From positions 672,001 through 736,000 of the forward strand of contig CAXXVZ010000005.1 of the NCBI GenBank assembly GCA_963678065.2: a stretch of 64,000 bases of DNA. Direction: 5' to 3'. This DNA comes from Treponemataceae bacterium (lineage in GTDB: Bacteria > Spirochaetota > Spirochaetia > Treponematales > Rectinemataceae). The position numbers and the translations under genes are program-made. This document shows positions 1 through 9,248 of this stretch, piece by piece. The notes under the pieces were generated by a model. That model was not told where the DNA came from and searched no databases. It saw nothing but the letters and a program-made list of their open reading frames with translations. Numbering within the stretch: the first letter of the stretch is position 1; the number at the start of each line of letters is the position of its first letter.

Positions 1-1146
1 GATGCGAAGGTTCAGCTCGCCAAATCAAAAGAAGACGCCGCCTACCAGGCTGTGATCGGCAAGACGGAGGACAAGCCCTACGCCGACTATCTCGCCGCCT
101 ATCCTGCGGGCCGTTATGCGATGGAAATAAAGAGCCTGCGGGACGATGCCGCGTTTTCCCGTGCATCGTACACGGGCACCTGGGAAGGGCTCTGGGCTTA
201 CGTCGATGTGTACCCCGCAGGTCGTCATATCGGCGACGCAAAAGCCAGGATTGGCAACTTGGAGACCGCCGCCTTCGCCTCGGCAACCTCGGCCAACACC
301 CCTCAAGCCTGGGAAACGTTCATTAGTAAATATGCACGGGGCGCAAAACTCGCCGAAGCGAAAAAAAAATTGGCTGAAGCGAAGGAATACTCGCTCTATA
401 AGCTGACGCTGAACCAGACCGAGGACAAGCCCTTCGCCGACTACTTGTCATCATATCCGAACGGGAGATACGCGCAGGACTCGAGAAACGGCAGAGACGA
501 CGCCGCGTACGCCCGAGCGAGAAAACCGAACACCTGGGAATCGATATGGGCCTACATCGACGCGTTTCCTTCGGGCCGCCACGCGAATGAGGCTCGCGAG
601 ATCATACGTTTATCCGATAATCGCTTTTTTTCTGAGGCAACCACCACGAACACTCTCTTTTCCTATGACTACTATATAAAAACGTACTGGAGAGGCCAGC
701 ATGTGACCGAGGCTCGCGCGAAACAGGAACAACTGCGCGCGACGCTCGCCGCGATGGAGAAACAGAAAAAAACCGAGGAACTGAACGCGGAAATCTCAAA
801 GTATTCATCGACGGCATCCGGAAAATATTTCCTCGGCGGAATCGAGCTTGTCGGAGGTCTCGGACTGGTCTACGCACTATACGAGATGAGCTTCGGCTCG
901 CTCAGCACCAGCGATTCAGTTTTAAAATACCCCGCGATGGGTGCAGCCGTCGGATTCGCTCCGTTTCTTTTCATAAAGGCTTCCCACAACTTCAAAGATG
1001 GAGCAGCCTATTCGCGGCTGGCTAAGGAATCGAAAGACAAACTGAGCCGCCTGTCGTTTTCCATCGACGTCTCGAACCATGGAAACAGAAACTCCCCGAA
1101 GAATGTCGATGTGGGCTTCTCCATCGTGGTGCCTCTGGAATATTGA
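1..1146 (+). CDS. Helical repeat protein (Y-x-x-Y-L-x-x-Y-P-x-G-x-Y/H repeats) with two C-terminal hydrophobic segments; 5'-partial
   Basis: Frame 1 is open from base 1. Six repeats: YADYLAAYPAGRY, WAYVDVYPAGRH, FISKYARGAK, FADYLSSYPNGRY, WAYIDAFPSGRH, YYIKTYWRGQH. Hydrophobic segments near the C-terminus. Confidence 0.75.
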   Translation, partial: DAKVQLAKSKEDAAYQAVIGKTEDKPYADYLAAYPAGRYAMEIKSLRDDAAFSRASYTGTWEGLWAYVDVYPAGRHIGDAKARIGNLETAAFASATSANTPQAWETFISKYARGAKLAEAKKKLAEAKEYSLYKLTLNQTEDKPFADYLSSYPNGRYAQDSRNGRDDAAYARARKPNTWESIWAYIDAFPSGRHANEAREIIRLSDNRFFSEATTTNTLFSYDYYIKTYWRGQHVTEARAKQEQLRATLAAMEKQKKTEELNAEISKYSSTASGKYFLGGIELVGGLGLVYALYEMSFGSLSTSDSVLKYPAMGAAVGFAPFLFIKASHNFKDGAAYSRLAKESKDKLSRLSFSIDVSNHGNRNSPKNVDVGFSIVVPLEY

Positions 1147-1249
1147 TGCGGCGCCTCCTTCCAAGAGCGCCGCATCATGGCATGGCCCGCGATATCACCA
1201 CAGGCTGTCGCACCCGTGACAGGGAAGATTTCCCTCGCAGCCTGCCGCT

Positions 1250-1314
1250 CCGCTCAAGACCTTCGATATGGAAACGAACAAGCGCGACGAGCCGGTCCGC
1301 GCGCAGTCGGGCGG
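1250..1314. repeat. 65-bp direct repeat, copy 1 (copy 2 at 7334-7398)
   Basis: ccgctcaagaccttcgatatggaaacga...cagtcgggcgg; 2 mismatches between copies by manual alignment. Confidence 0.95.
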
Positions 1315-1373
1315 GCCTCCCCTGCCTCTTCGGACCTCATCCTTCGGTCCTCTCAGGCAGGTTCTGCCCGCCC
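1309..1373 (-). other. Nested GC-rich stem-loop downstream of the variable-region gene (candidate DGR cis hairpin or terminator)
   Basis: gggcgggc(1309-16)/gcccgccc(1366-73), cctgcct(1321-27)/aggcagg(1355-61), ggacc(1332-36)/ggtcc(1346-50). Confidence 0.6.
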
Positions 1374-1405
1374 TCCACCCCCTTCCTTGAGCCCGCACCC
1401 GAACT

Positions 1406-3223
1406 TCAGGGACGACGGGCCAGGCGGAACCCCAGAATATTGCACCTGTAGTCCGGGTAGTAGTAGTTCCGATAGGCCGACCGGCAGCACTCAGCACTGC
1501 CGTACCAGTTGCCGCCGCGATACACGCGGTAGTCGCCAGAGGACGCGCCCATGGGGTCGGTCTGGGCGCCTGATCCATATCTTCCATACCAGTCATGGCA
1601 CCACTCATATACATTCCCGCTCATGTCGTAGAGCCCAAGCTCGTTCGGCGCCTTCGTTCCCACAGCATGCGTCGTTCTCCCCGAATTGCCATTGTACCAA
1701 GCCACCGGGCCAGAATCGTTCGACCCCGCATAGGTATATCCTTTCGACAGCTTCCCCCCGCGGGCCGCGTACTCCCACTCCGCCTCCGTAGGCAGCCGGT
1801 ACCCCTTCCTCGTGAAGTCCGCGTTTACGCTTCCGCCATATATTGTGTATACTTTCTCCAGACCTTTCTTCTCCGATAGCCAGTTGCAGTATGCCACCGC
1901 GTCGTTCCAACTCACGCATACGATCGGGCTTGTCTCCCCCTGCTCAAAGTACGGATTCTTCCATGTTGCGTCCTTTTGCTTCTCCCATCTAGATCCTGTC
2001 AACACATATGAACCATCCCCCCGCTCTGCCTCCGTCCGATAGCCAGTCGCCTCCACAAACTTCCGGAAATTCCCCACTTTCACCTCGTATTTTCCCATAT
2101 AGAACGGCGATACCGTCACCTGATGCGCTTGCTCATCCGAGCCGCCGGATACCGATCCCATCTGGAAAGTACCACCCTCCACGAACACCTCATCCGCGGC
2201 CGCGCGTTCCTCAGGCTTCGGCGTCTTCGCAAGCGCGTCCCGCTTCTTCCCGATCGCCAGATCCACCTTCTTCCTCTCCGCCGCGATCGTCTGTCTCGCC
2301 GCTTCCAGCTCCTTCTCCGCCTTCTCGATCCCGTGCTTCTCTCCCTCCACCCACTCGCGCTTCGTCCTGTCTTCTCCCGTGTCCGTATTCGCCGGCGTCC
2401 CCCAGAAGTCCGCTTCTTCCGCCTTCTTCCTCTCTTCCTCCTTCGCCGCCAATACGCTCTCTTCCTTCCTCACCTCCGCTTTCCACTCCTCGATCGCTTT
2501 CTGCTCCAAGCCCCACAGCCACTCGTGCACCGCGCTCAGGTCAAAGCTCACCTTGCGCACCTTCAGTTTCCCATCATAGTCACCGATCCTGAATCCCTTC
2601 TTTACCAGCGCCTTTGCGTCCTCTATCCTCACCCCCAACACCCCAACTCCCCCGCTTCCCCCATCTCCTGTCTTGAACAACTCCGACCACTCCGGTCTTC
2701 CGGGTACATTGAAGCTGAAGTATTCCTTCTGCTGACCAGCGTTCTTTTCCTTGAACGTTCTCCATTCAGGCGTTTCTGTCCCCCCTGATCCTGTCGAGTG
2801 CAGCAATGGTTTCGCGAACACTCCAGGATCGAGCATCAATCCTTCGCGACTCCACACTTCCCCATAGAGTTCCACGTTGTATACCCTGATCTTTTCCAAC
2901 ACCTCCACCGGGACCTCAGGGCTCCCCGTGTAGCGCTTGATCCATTTCGGCAATCGCACTACCGAGGTTCCCTTCCACTCATTCCACGCAGCGGTGCTGT
3001 CCACGACCGGTTCGCCCATCAGCGTCCACACCTTCCAGTTCACCAGAAATGTTGCACCCCTGTCGAGATTCAATCCTGTACCATCTTCCAAAGACTCTAC
3101 TCTCGCCCATGAAGTCCCTGACACCTCTTCCGCTCCGGCGATCGCCACCCTTGCCATAGTCATTGTCAGGGCCAGCAGCACCACCACCCCCCTCGTCGAT
3201 CGTTTTGACTTCATCGCTTCCAT
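1406..3223 (-). CDS. Secreted SUMF1/FGE-sulfatase (CLec-fold) domain protein with coiled-coil linker; putative DGR target
   Basis: Motifs FQMGS, MGKYEV, PIVCVSWNDAVAYCNW, RLPTEAEWEYAARGG, PNELGLYDMSGNVYEWC, RGGNW, ILGFRLAR. N-terminal signal peptide. GGAGG RBS precedes ATG 3223 (the ORF track starts at 3262). Confidence 0.9.
   Translation of the reverse strand: MEAMKSKRSTRGVVVLLALTMTMARVAIAGAEEVSGTSWARVESLEDGTGLNLDRGATFLVNWKVWTLMGEPVVDSTAAWNEWKGTSVVRLPKWIKRYTGSPEVPVEVLEKIRVYNVELYGEVWSREGLMLDPGVFAKPLLHSTGSGGTETPEWRTFKEKNAGQQKEYFSFNVPGRPEWSELFKTGDGGSGGVGVLGVRIEDAKALVKKGFRIGDYDGKLKVRKVSFDLSAVHEWLWGLEQKAIEEWKAEVRKEESVLAAKEEERKKAEEADFWGTPANTDTGEDRTKREWVEGEKHGIEKAEKELEAARQTIAAERKKVDLAIGKKRDALAKTPKPEERAAADEVFVEGGTFQMGSVSGGSDEQAHQVTVSPFYMGKYEVKVGNFRKFVEATGYRTEAERGDGSYVLTGSRWEKQKDATWKNPYFEQGETSPIVCVSWNDAVAYCNWLSEKKGLEKVYTIYGGSVNADFTRKGYRLPTEAEWEYAARGGKLSKGYTYAGSNDSGPVAWYNGNSGRTTHAVGTKAPNELGLYDMSGNVYEWCHDWYGRYGSGAQTDPMGASSGDYRVYRGGNWYGSAECCRSAYRNYYYPDYRCNILGFRLARRP
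1423..1770 (-). repeat. 3' end of the FGE gene including the variable region (1436-1540); repeated at 7394-7738
   Basis: Manual alignment of 348 vs 345 bp, with three 1-nt deletions in the second copy. Confidence 0.9.
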
Positions 3224-3312
3224 GCCGGCCTCCCCCAATCCCTTGTTGACTGTTTGTGTCACTACTCAAGCATCATTCTTATTGTTCATTTTTATTGACA
3301 ATATGCACGTTA

Positions 3313-4620
3313 GGCATCGCGCCAAAATAATTTGACTGCTTTTATTCTTTAGTCGGAAGCAAAGCATAGTTCCAATCGCCATGGAATTTTGCCTGCTTAA
3401 TGTTCAGGGCAGCAAGTTCTTCATCACTAACCTTGATCCCGAGTGGATACGAACCTGAATCCAATTCTGCGCATATTTTCAGTCCCGCTGCAGTGGTTGT
3501 ATTTGCAATCAATTGAATAATTACCTCGTGGCTAATCAACGGTCGGCCTCGCCAGTTCTGAGTGATATGGCAAAACATTCGGTGCTCGATTTTATTCCAT
3601 TTGCTGGTACCTGGTGGAAAGTGACACACGTGAATTGACATTCCAAGCTGATTCGCTAATTCGTGCAATGCAAGTTTCCAGAGCCGACATCGACTACCGT
3701 TGCTGCCACCACCATCAGCGGTAATCAGCAATTCTTTTGCAGTACGATACCGTTTCACACCCATTTTTTCCCACCAACGTCGGATGGCTTCGGCAGCAAA
3801 ATGTGCGGTATCGTGGTCGATTCCTACACTGACCCAGCCCTTGTTTTCGCTTATATCGAAGACTCCGTATGGTATGGCCTTGCCCAGCTCTGTATCAATG
3901 AAGTCATGAACCATTACAGATTCCGGTTCACCTTTGGGACGCCATTCTCGTCCTCCATTTCGAAATTCCCCAATCAATTCTTTCTTTTTCGTATCTACCG
4001 AGATAACTGGATTCCCTTTACGCTGAAACCGCTTGACCATGGTGTTGATATACTCAAACTGCGCATTTCGATCCGGATGCGACGTTCCTTCTTTGGTCTT
4101 CCGATTGCTCTGTAGACTGTAGCCTTCCGCGTTCAGTAGCCGTCCAACCGTGCGCGGGCTTACTGTGTGCCCTTGTCGTGTAAGCGTATCTGCAAGATTA
4201 CTGGTGCTCAGGCACGTCCACTGTAGTGGCGACTCTGGATCACCCCGTGTCATTGGTTCAATTAAGCTCGTAAGTTTTTCCCTTAACTCGGGATCGTTTT
4301 CACTGCATCGTTTTCTTCCACCGCCTGGGAAACGTACGCGAGTGCGTATCTTCTCGTGCGGATTACTTTCGCGTAATGCCAGCTCATTCATTCCTTTGCG
4401 TATTGTGTTCGGCGACATCTTAATCGCGGTATTGACTGCCTGTATCCCACCACGACCATACGCTCTTGCTTCAGCCGCCGCCCATTGACGTCGCATTCGT
4501 TCATCCATCATGGGCACAAGTGCGTTGTACTTGGAAGCTATTTGTTTTACCGTTGCCTGATCTTGCATACTTCATTATAATATAATCAATATATTAGTCA
4601 AGTTATTTTGACGCATTGCC
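3313..4620 (-). mobile_element. Complete ISAzo13-family insertion sequence, 1308 bp, 25-bp imperfect terminal IRs, TTA target duplication
   Basis: IR ggcatcgcgccaaaataatttgact (3313-3337) matches the reverse complement of 4596-4620 at 21/25. TTA at 3310-3312 and 4621-4623. Confidence 0.9.
3342..4568 (-). CDS. ISAzo13-family DDE transposase
   Basis: TRGDPESPLQWT, HPDRNAQF, ISVDTKKKELIG, ITADGGGSNG, HFPPGTSKWNKIEHR, NWRGRPL, FHGDWNY. Confidence 0.93.
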   Translation of the reverse strand: MQDQATVKQIASKYNALVPMMDERMRRQWAAAEARAYGRGGIQAVNTAIKMSPNTIRKGMNELALRESNPHEKIRTRVRFPGGGRKRCSENDPELREKLTSLIEPMTRGDPESPLQWTCLSTSNLADTLTRQGHTVSPRTVGRLLNAEGYSLQSNRKTKEGTSHPDRNAQFEYINTMVKRFQRKGNPVISVDTKKKELIGEFRNGGREWRPKGEPESVMVHDFIDTELGKAIPYGVFDISENKGWVSVGIDHDTAHFAAEAIRRWWEKMGVKRYRTAKELLITADGGGSNGSRCRLWKLALHELANQLGMSIHVCHFPPGTSKWNKIEHRMFCHITQNWRGRPLISHEVIIQLIANTTTAAGLKICAELDSGSYPLGIKVSDEELAALNIKQAKFHGDWNYALLPTKE

Positions 4621-4858
4621 TTAGTATGTCGATGCCCAGACAAACGACGAAACGATATATAAATATGAACCTTCCATCGGAGACGAGATCGGCTGCCAGG
4701 CAATCGCTTGTGGTACTTCGTGACGATCCGCAGGATGTGAGGTCTCGAAGGAGGCCTCACATCCTGTTCTCTGATTCATGGACGCTTCACGAGGATACTC
4801 GTCAGATGAATGGGTTCTTTCCCTCCAACCTGTCATCTATCGGGCTCCTGTTCCGGAC

Positions 4859-6538
4859 TCAGATATAGTTGGAAAGATGAATTGTGACCCAATCATCAGA
4901 GTAGTATCCAAAGTGACTGGTCATTATCTTGTCTGTTAAATCACATAGACTGACACTGCCCTTGATTTCTTTCTCAGATCCGCCGTAGTAGGCTCCATAT
5001 TTGCCCTGAGGGTTTAAAAAATCGATCAGTGTTTTCGCCGCATCCCAATCGATTTCTCCATATACCTCCAAGCATTCTCTGTTCAATGTATCATACCTCC
5101 AGATGATATCTGCCATATTTTCTACGGCAAGTTCATTGGTATAGCGGTGCATCGCGCAGATACGCATTTCAGGTATTAAAAACATATTACTAACAACTAC
5201 AAGATCATCATACTGCTCGCGTTGTGGATGGAAGTATAAACCCTCATGCACATTATCGTCCTTTATCCAGGACTTGTTGATCATATCATTGACTCCAAAC
5301 ATATTCTCATTATATATATATCCAAATATATTAAATAAATCCTTATTGCAGTTCAAATATGCAGAAGGATATTTCCAGTCATTCCATCGTTCATACAATC
5401 CCTGATTTGAAGGGACTATTTCAGGAAGTCGAGCTTTCTCAAGAATGTTTTCCACTTTACCATGGCGTGGTATACGTGCTAAATAATCATGCGGATCGAG
5501 CTCGGCATCTTTTTGACCAGACTCAACGATGACCGCAGTATTTGTCGATCCGTCTCCTACCGGATATAGCCAGGATGCACCTCGCTGTGAGTCGACAATC
5601 GCGTCAACAACAGATTGCGCATTTTTCCCGACTGACAAGGCATGCCTTACCATAAGTAATGATCCTATTCCGGGCCTCATGGGATCACACAAAACAGAGG
5701 GAACCATATCGACTCCCATTGCGACACCGCTCCTGTTCATACCCGTGATACTGCCAACGAATCCAGGAGCTGTCTGGCTCACAAGTGGAATTTGATCCCC
5801 TTGGGGATTATATATTATTATGCAAGCTAAATCCTGGAACACCTTGGCATTGCTGAATTGAAAATCTCTGCCAAAATAGAAATGCTTGTTTTTTGTCGCA
5901 TTTTTGAACGCCGCAAAGGCGTTACATCCAAGGGGTAAACGAAAATTGTTTGGACCTGTCTCTATCCGGCAATCTCTCTCGCCAGGTGGAAGCATGTCTA
6001 CATAATCTTTTCGAATTCGAGCCAACCCCGCGTTCGTGTAAACCACAGCGACAAGAAAATCAATTCCAACATTTAGTAAGAACAGATTTTCGTAGCTTAC
6101 TCTTGTGTGAGGATTAATCTCCTTGCAGCCAGCAGCCATCCCGCGCATCTCATCATGAAGCTCTTGTGGAATATCTCCCATGTTTTCATTTAAACTGTAA
6201 GTATTCCAACAACTATTTTTAACCGCCCATAAAAGCATTTTGAAAATAAAATCATTTTCTTTCCGTAAAAAATCAGGGATTATATTTTCCATGTATGTAC
6301 TCGTCATTATGCTGATTTCTTTTTCGAGTAATTCACCGATAAGAAATCCCATTTGATAGTTTGTCCCTTCCACATAGATGACTTTCTTTTCTACCTGTTC
6401 GCCATCCCTGGTTCTGTTAGTAGTGGTTTTCGCCAATATTCCCCTTCCCTGATTCCCATTGCAGAAAACAGTTTTCACACCAACAGGCGTCAACCCATCA
6501 GCTCTAAACGCATCATAAATCTCATCATTTGTTTTCAT
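4859..6538 (-). CDS. C45-family autoproteolytic Ntn-hydrolase (acyl-CoA:6-APA acyltransferase-like)
   Basis: YQMG..G, EMRGMAAG, GCNAF (Cys nucleophile), FGRDF, PGFVGSITGMNRSGV. AGGAGG RBS precedes ATG 6538. Visibly AT-rich. Confidence 0.75.
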   Translation of the reverse strand: MKTNDEIYDAFRADGLTPVGVKTVFCNGNQGRGILAKTTTNRTRDGEQVEKKVIYVEGTNYQMGFLIGELLEKEISIMTSTYMENIIPDFLRKENDFIFKMLLWAVKNSCWNTYSLNENMGDIPQELHDEMRGMAAGCKEINPHTRVSYENLFLLNVGIDFLVAVVYTNAGLARIRKDYVDMLPPGERDCRIETGPNNFRLPLGCNAFAAFKNATKNKHFYFGRDFQFSNAKVFQDLACIIIYNPQGDQIPLVSQTAPGFVGSITGMNRSGVAMGVDMVPSVLCDPMRPGIGSLLMVRHALSVGKNAQSVVDAIVDSQRGASWLYPVGDGSTNTAVIVESGQKDAELDPHDYLARIPRHGKVENILEKARLPEIVPSNQGLYERWNDWKYPSAYLNCNKDLFNIFGYIYNENMFGVNDMINKSWIKDDNVHEGLYFHPQREQYDDLVVVSNMFLIPEMRICAMHRYTNELAVENMADIIWRYDTLNRECLEVYGEIDWDAAKTLIDFLNPQGKYGAYYGGSEKEIKGSVSLCDLTDKIMTSHFGYYSDDWVTIHLSNYI

Positions 6539-7333
6539 GTGAACCTCCTGAAACAGGTAAAGCATCCCACTGACCACTCAACCGCAGACCCACATAATTC
6601 GTGACAAAAAATAAATACACTTTCCGGAACTGCAATCATGCTCACAAGTCTCACGACGGGGTACTGCGTTTCACATCGTGGAGTAAAACTAGGAAGTTTT
6701 TGAAATGCTTGAGTTCGCTTTTCAAAGCTGCGTTTTATCAGAGAAACAGTATTCCTGCAAGAAATTATCCGATGCAAAACATCAACCCGCTCATCGGAGT
6801 GAACCCATGTTTGATTATCAATCCTAATTTAACTTAAGTAAATGATTATATTTTATATTTACATATCACAGGATAGTGGTTTAGGACAAGTCTTCGCCAG
6901 AGTCTTTATCTCTGCTTCAGAGCGCGCGCACTAGACGAAATCCGATATAGCCTCGCCGGTACGATAAGATCATGTGGTGCCGATCACTGCTCCATATAAA
7001 CAGCACCATGCCGTCAGATGCCTCTCCGATACAAGATTGATGTCACGGGACGCCAAATCACTGTAGCGTCAGCCGCAATAAAACGCGCACCGCTACTTGC
7101 CCCTTCCTTATATCAGCCTGGCAAGCGCTTCCGGTCTATCCCGCACCGACGCTGGCAAATTGACTGGCTTCCAGTCTACAAGGCAAATCCCATTCACTAC
7201 GGTGCGCCCGTTACGGAGTGCGGCGGGGCAGACAAGAGCGCGGGTGAAACCTGCTCCATCCTTCACGACGGCTATCTCGTTGGCTACATGGCCACGAAGC
7301 GTCAAATCGATCGTTTTAAAGAAGTGTATCGTC

Positions 7334-7398
7334 CCGCTCAAGACCTTCGATATGGAAACGATCAAGCGAGACGAGCCGGTCCGCGCGCAGTCGGGCGG
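7334..7398. repeat. 65-bp direct repeat, copy 2
   Basis: Matches 1250-1314 and is fused directly to the FGE fragment at GGCGG (7394-7398). Confidence 0.95.
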
Positions 7399-7738
7399 AA
7401 CCCCAGATTACTGCACCTGATGACCGGGTAGTAGTTGCCCCGATAGGCCGACCGGCAGTACACGGCATTGTTGTACCAGCTGCCGCCGCGAAGCACGCGG
7501 AGGTCGCCACAGGACGCGCCCATGGGGTCGGTCTGGACCCTAATCCATAGCCTCCATACCGGTCATGGCACCACTCCCACACATTGCCGTTCATGTCATA
7601 CAACCCCAGTTCGTTCGGCGCCTTCGCCCCCCGGCATGCGTCGTTCTCCCCGAATTGCCATTGTACCAAGCCACTGGGCCAAGATCGTTCGATCCCTCAT
7701 AGGTATATTCCCTCGACAGCTTCCCCCGCGGGACGCGT
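7394..7738 (-). pseudogene. Frameshifted C-terminal fragment of a second FGE/CLec gene with its own variable region (7407-7511)
   Basis: [21 protein letters not shown]; in another frame [35 protein letters not shown]. Three single-base deletions relative to 1423-1770. Confidence 0.9.
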
Positions 7739-8923
7739 CGATCGTGTCCGTATCCCAGGAGAGGACGACGCGCAATCCCGATTCCGGATTGCGGATGAGT
7801 CGCGGATCGAACTCCGGTAGCACGGACGAGCTGGCCCAGGCCTCGCAGCTTTGTAGGGTGATCAAGGCGTTGAGCTCCTCAAGCGCGACCATCGTGACGA
7901 TAACGCCGGCTCCCGGCGCGGTTCCTCATTCATGATCACATCACGGAGAAGAGACATGGCCTCGGCGAGGTCAGCCGCGGAACGCAGCGATTTTGCCCTT
8001 CCGGCAAGGGCCAGGGCGAGATCCCGAGCCGCGGGGCAGATGGTCAGATGATGCCGAGTCTCGCTCGTGGACGATCGGGGCTGCCCGCGTAGCGCGTTCG
8101 CCCAAGAAAAAATATTGCCCCCCAGCAGTCCTCTCGACGGAAACAATTCGCTCGGGGAGGCTGGAAAGGGATATCCACAGATCATCGTCCGGATCGACAT
8201 CGTGCAACTCTACTTCGGCAATCCACCCATCGCCGGAGGGCGAAAACTCCGCCCTCCCGTGTCCTCCGACTCGGGGCGCCACATCGACACCAGCCACCTG
8301 TGCGTGGAGCGTCAGCTTCCCGATCCGTTCCCTGGCGGGAAATGTAATCGCCGCCGTGCATTGCCCGCAGCGAATGTCGCAAACTTCTCGACATAACGAA
8401 TCTTGGCCGTCCGCGTTCCCAACGCCGGAAAAGGATAAATCCTTGTCCGGTACACGTGCCAGCGACCTGTTCCACGAATCCGGGGTCGGTGACGACTGGC
8501 CGATAAACCTGGGTCTCGAAGGCGATGCGAGCCTTGTCCTTTTTTATGATGGCCCCATCGGTCAGAAGGCCGTTCACATCAAGCGCGTATCCCGTGACTG
8601 CGGCCCCATCCGGCAAAGGGATGGTGAGTTCCCCCTCCATCACCCATCTGTTGGGATTGCGCAATATCAACGTCGCCTCTGTTTCGGCGAAGACGCCGAC
8701 GATTCTCGTCCTCACGTCCATGGACGCTATGCTGATCGACTCCGTGCCCGCGTACAGCAGCCCAGCGGCGGTCGAGGAGGTTGCGAGGTTTTCCCCACCT
8801 GATAAATTCTGCGCTTGTATCCCTGCCGTCTGGATTAAGAAGAAAAAGCATTGTGATGCCGACACACGTCGCGTGTGTCGTAACCGAGCCCTTCCTGTTA
8901 CCCCTCAATAATTGATTATCCAT
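7739..8923 (-). pseudogene. Decayed VIT-domain / DUF2135-like secreted protein
   Basis: VIT motifs (AETEATLILRNPN..MEGELTIPLPDGAAVTGYALDVNG..KARIAFE..DPGFVEQVAG). After a frameshift near 8457 it continues VYRTRIYPFPA. Later fragment LRVVLSWDTD. The signal peptide is in a different frame. Confidence 0.75.
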
Positions 8924-9168
8924 TTCTGTCGGAGAAAAAGCGTAAAAATCTCCTGGCCTCGGCAACCACCACCCACAAAGGAGATCATGCCGGATTTCTG
9001 TTCATTATAATATTTTTTTAACAGTGTGTAAAATTTTAAAGTGGTTCATTCCAAACCTCTTTATGCAAAGCTCGGAAGAACAGAAAGTCGAAAAGGCAGA
9101 ATTGGGTGATGAAAAAAATTTGATCAGCAACAAGTTTTTGTTAGTACCTGTTTTCTGATTTGGTGAAT

Positions 9169-9198
9169 AAAAAGGCTCCCGGCTTGATCCCGGGAGCC
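9169..9198 (-). terminator. Intrinsic terminator of the sugar catabolic operon
   Basis: ggctcccgg/ccgggagcc stem followed by T5 on the minus strand. Confidence 0.75.
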
Positions 9199-9248
9199 GA
9201 TTCACAAGATCTGGGAACCCTCGATCCAGGAGAAGTTCCAGTCTTTTC

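Noticed and set aside
7018..7431. 137-aa plus-strand ORF
   Set aside because: No recognisable motif, and its 3' part reads through the 65-bp repeat and the antisense FGE fragment.
7407..7511. Second repeat as the DGR template repeat
   Set aside because: It has non-A bases where copy 1 has A (GGC vs AAC, AGT vs AAT), and at some sites both copies are non-A. It behaves as a second variable region.
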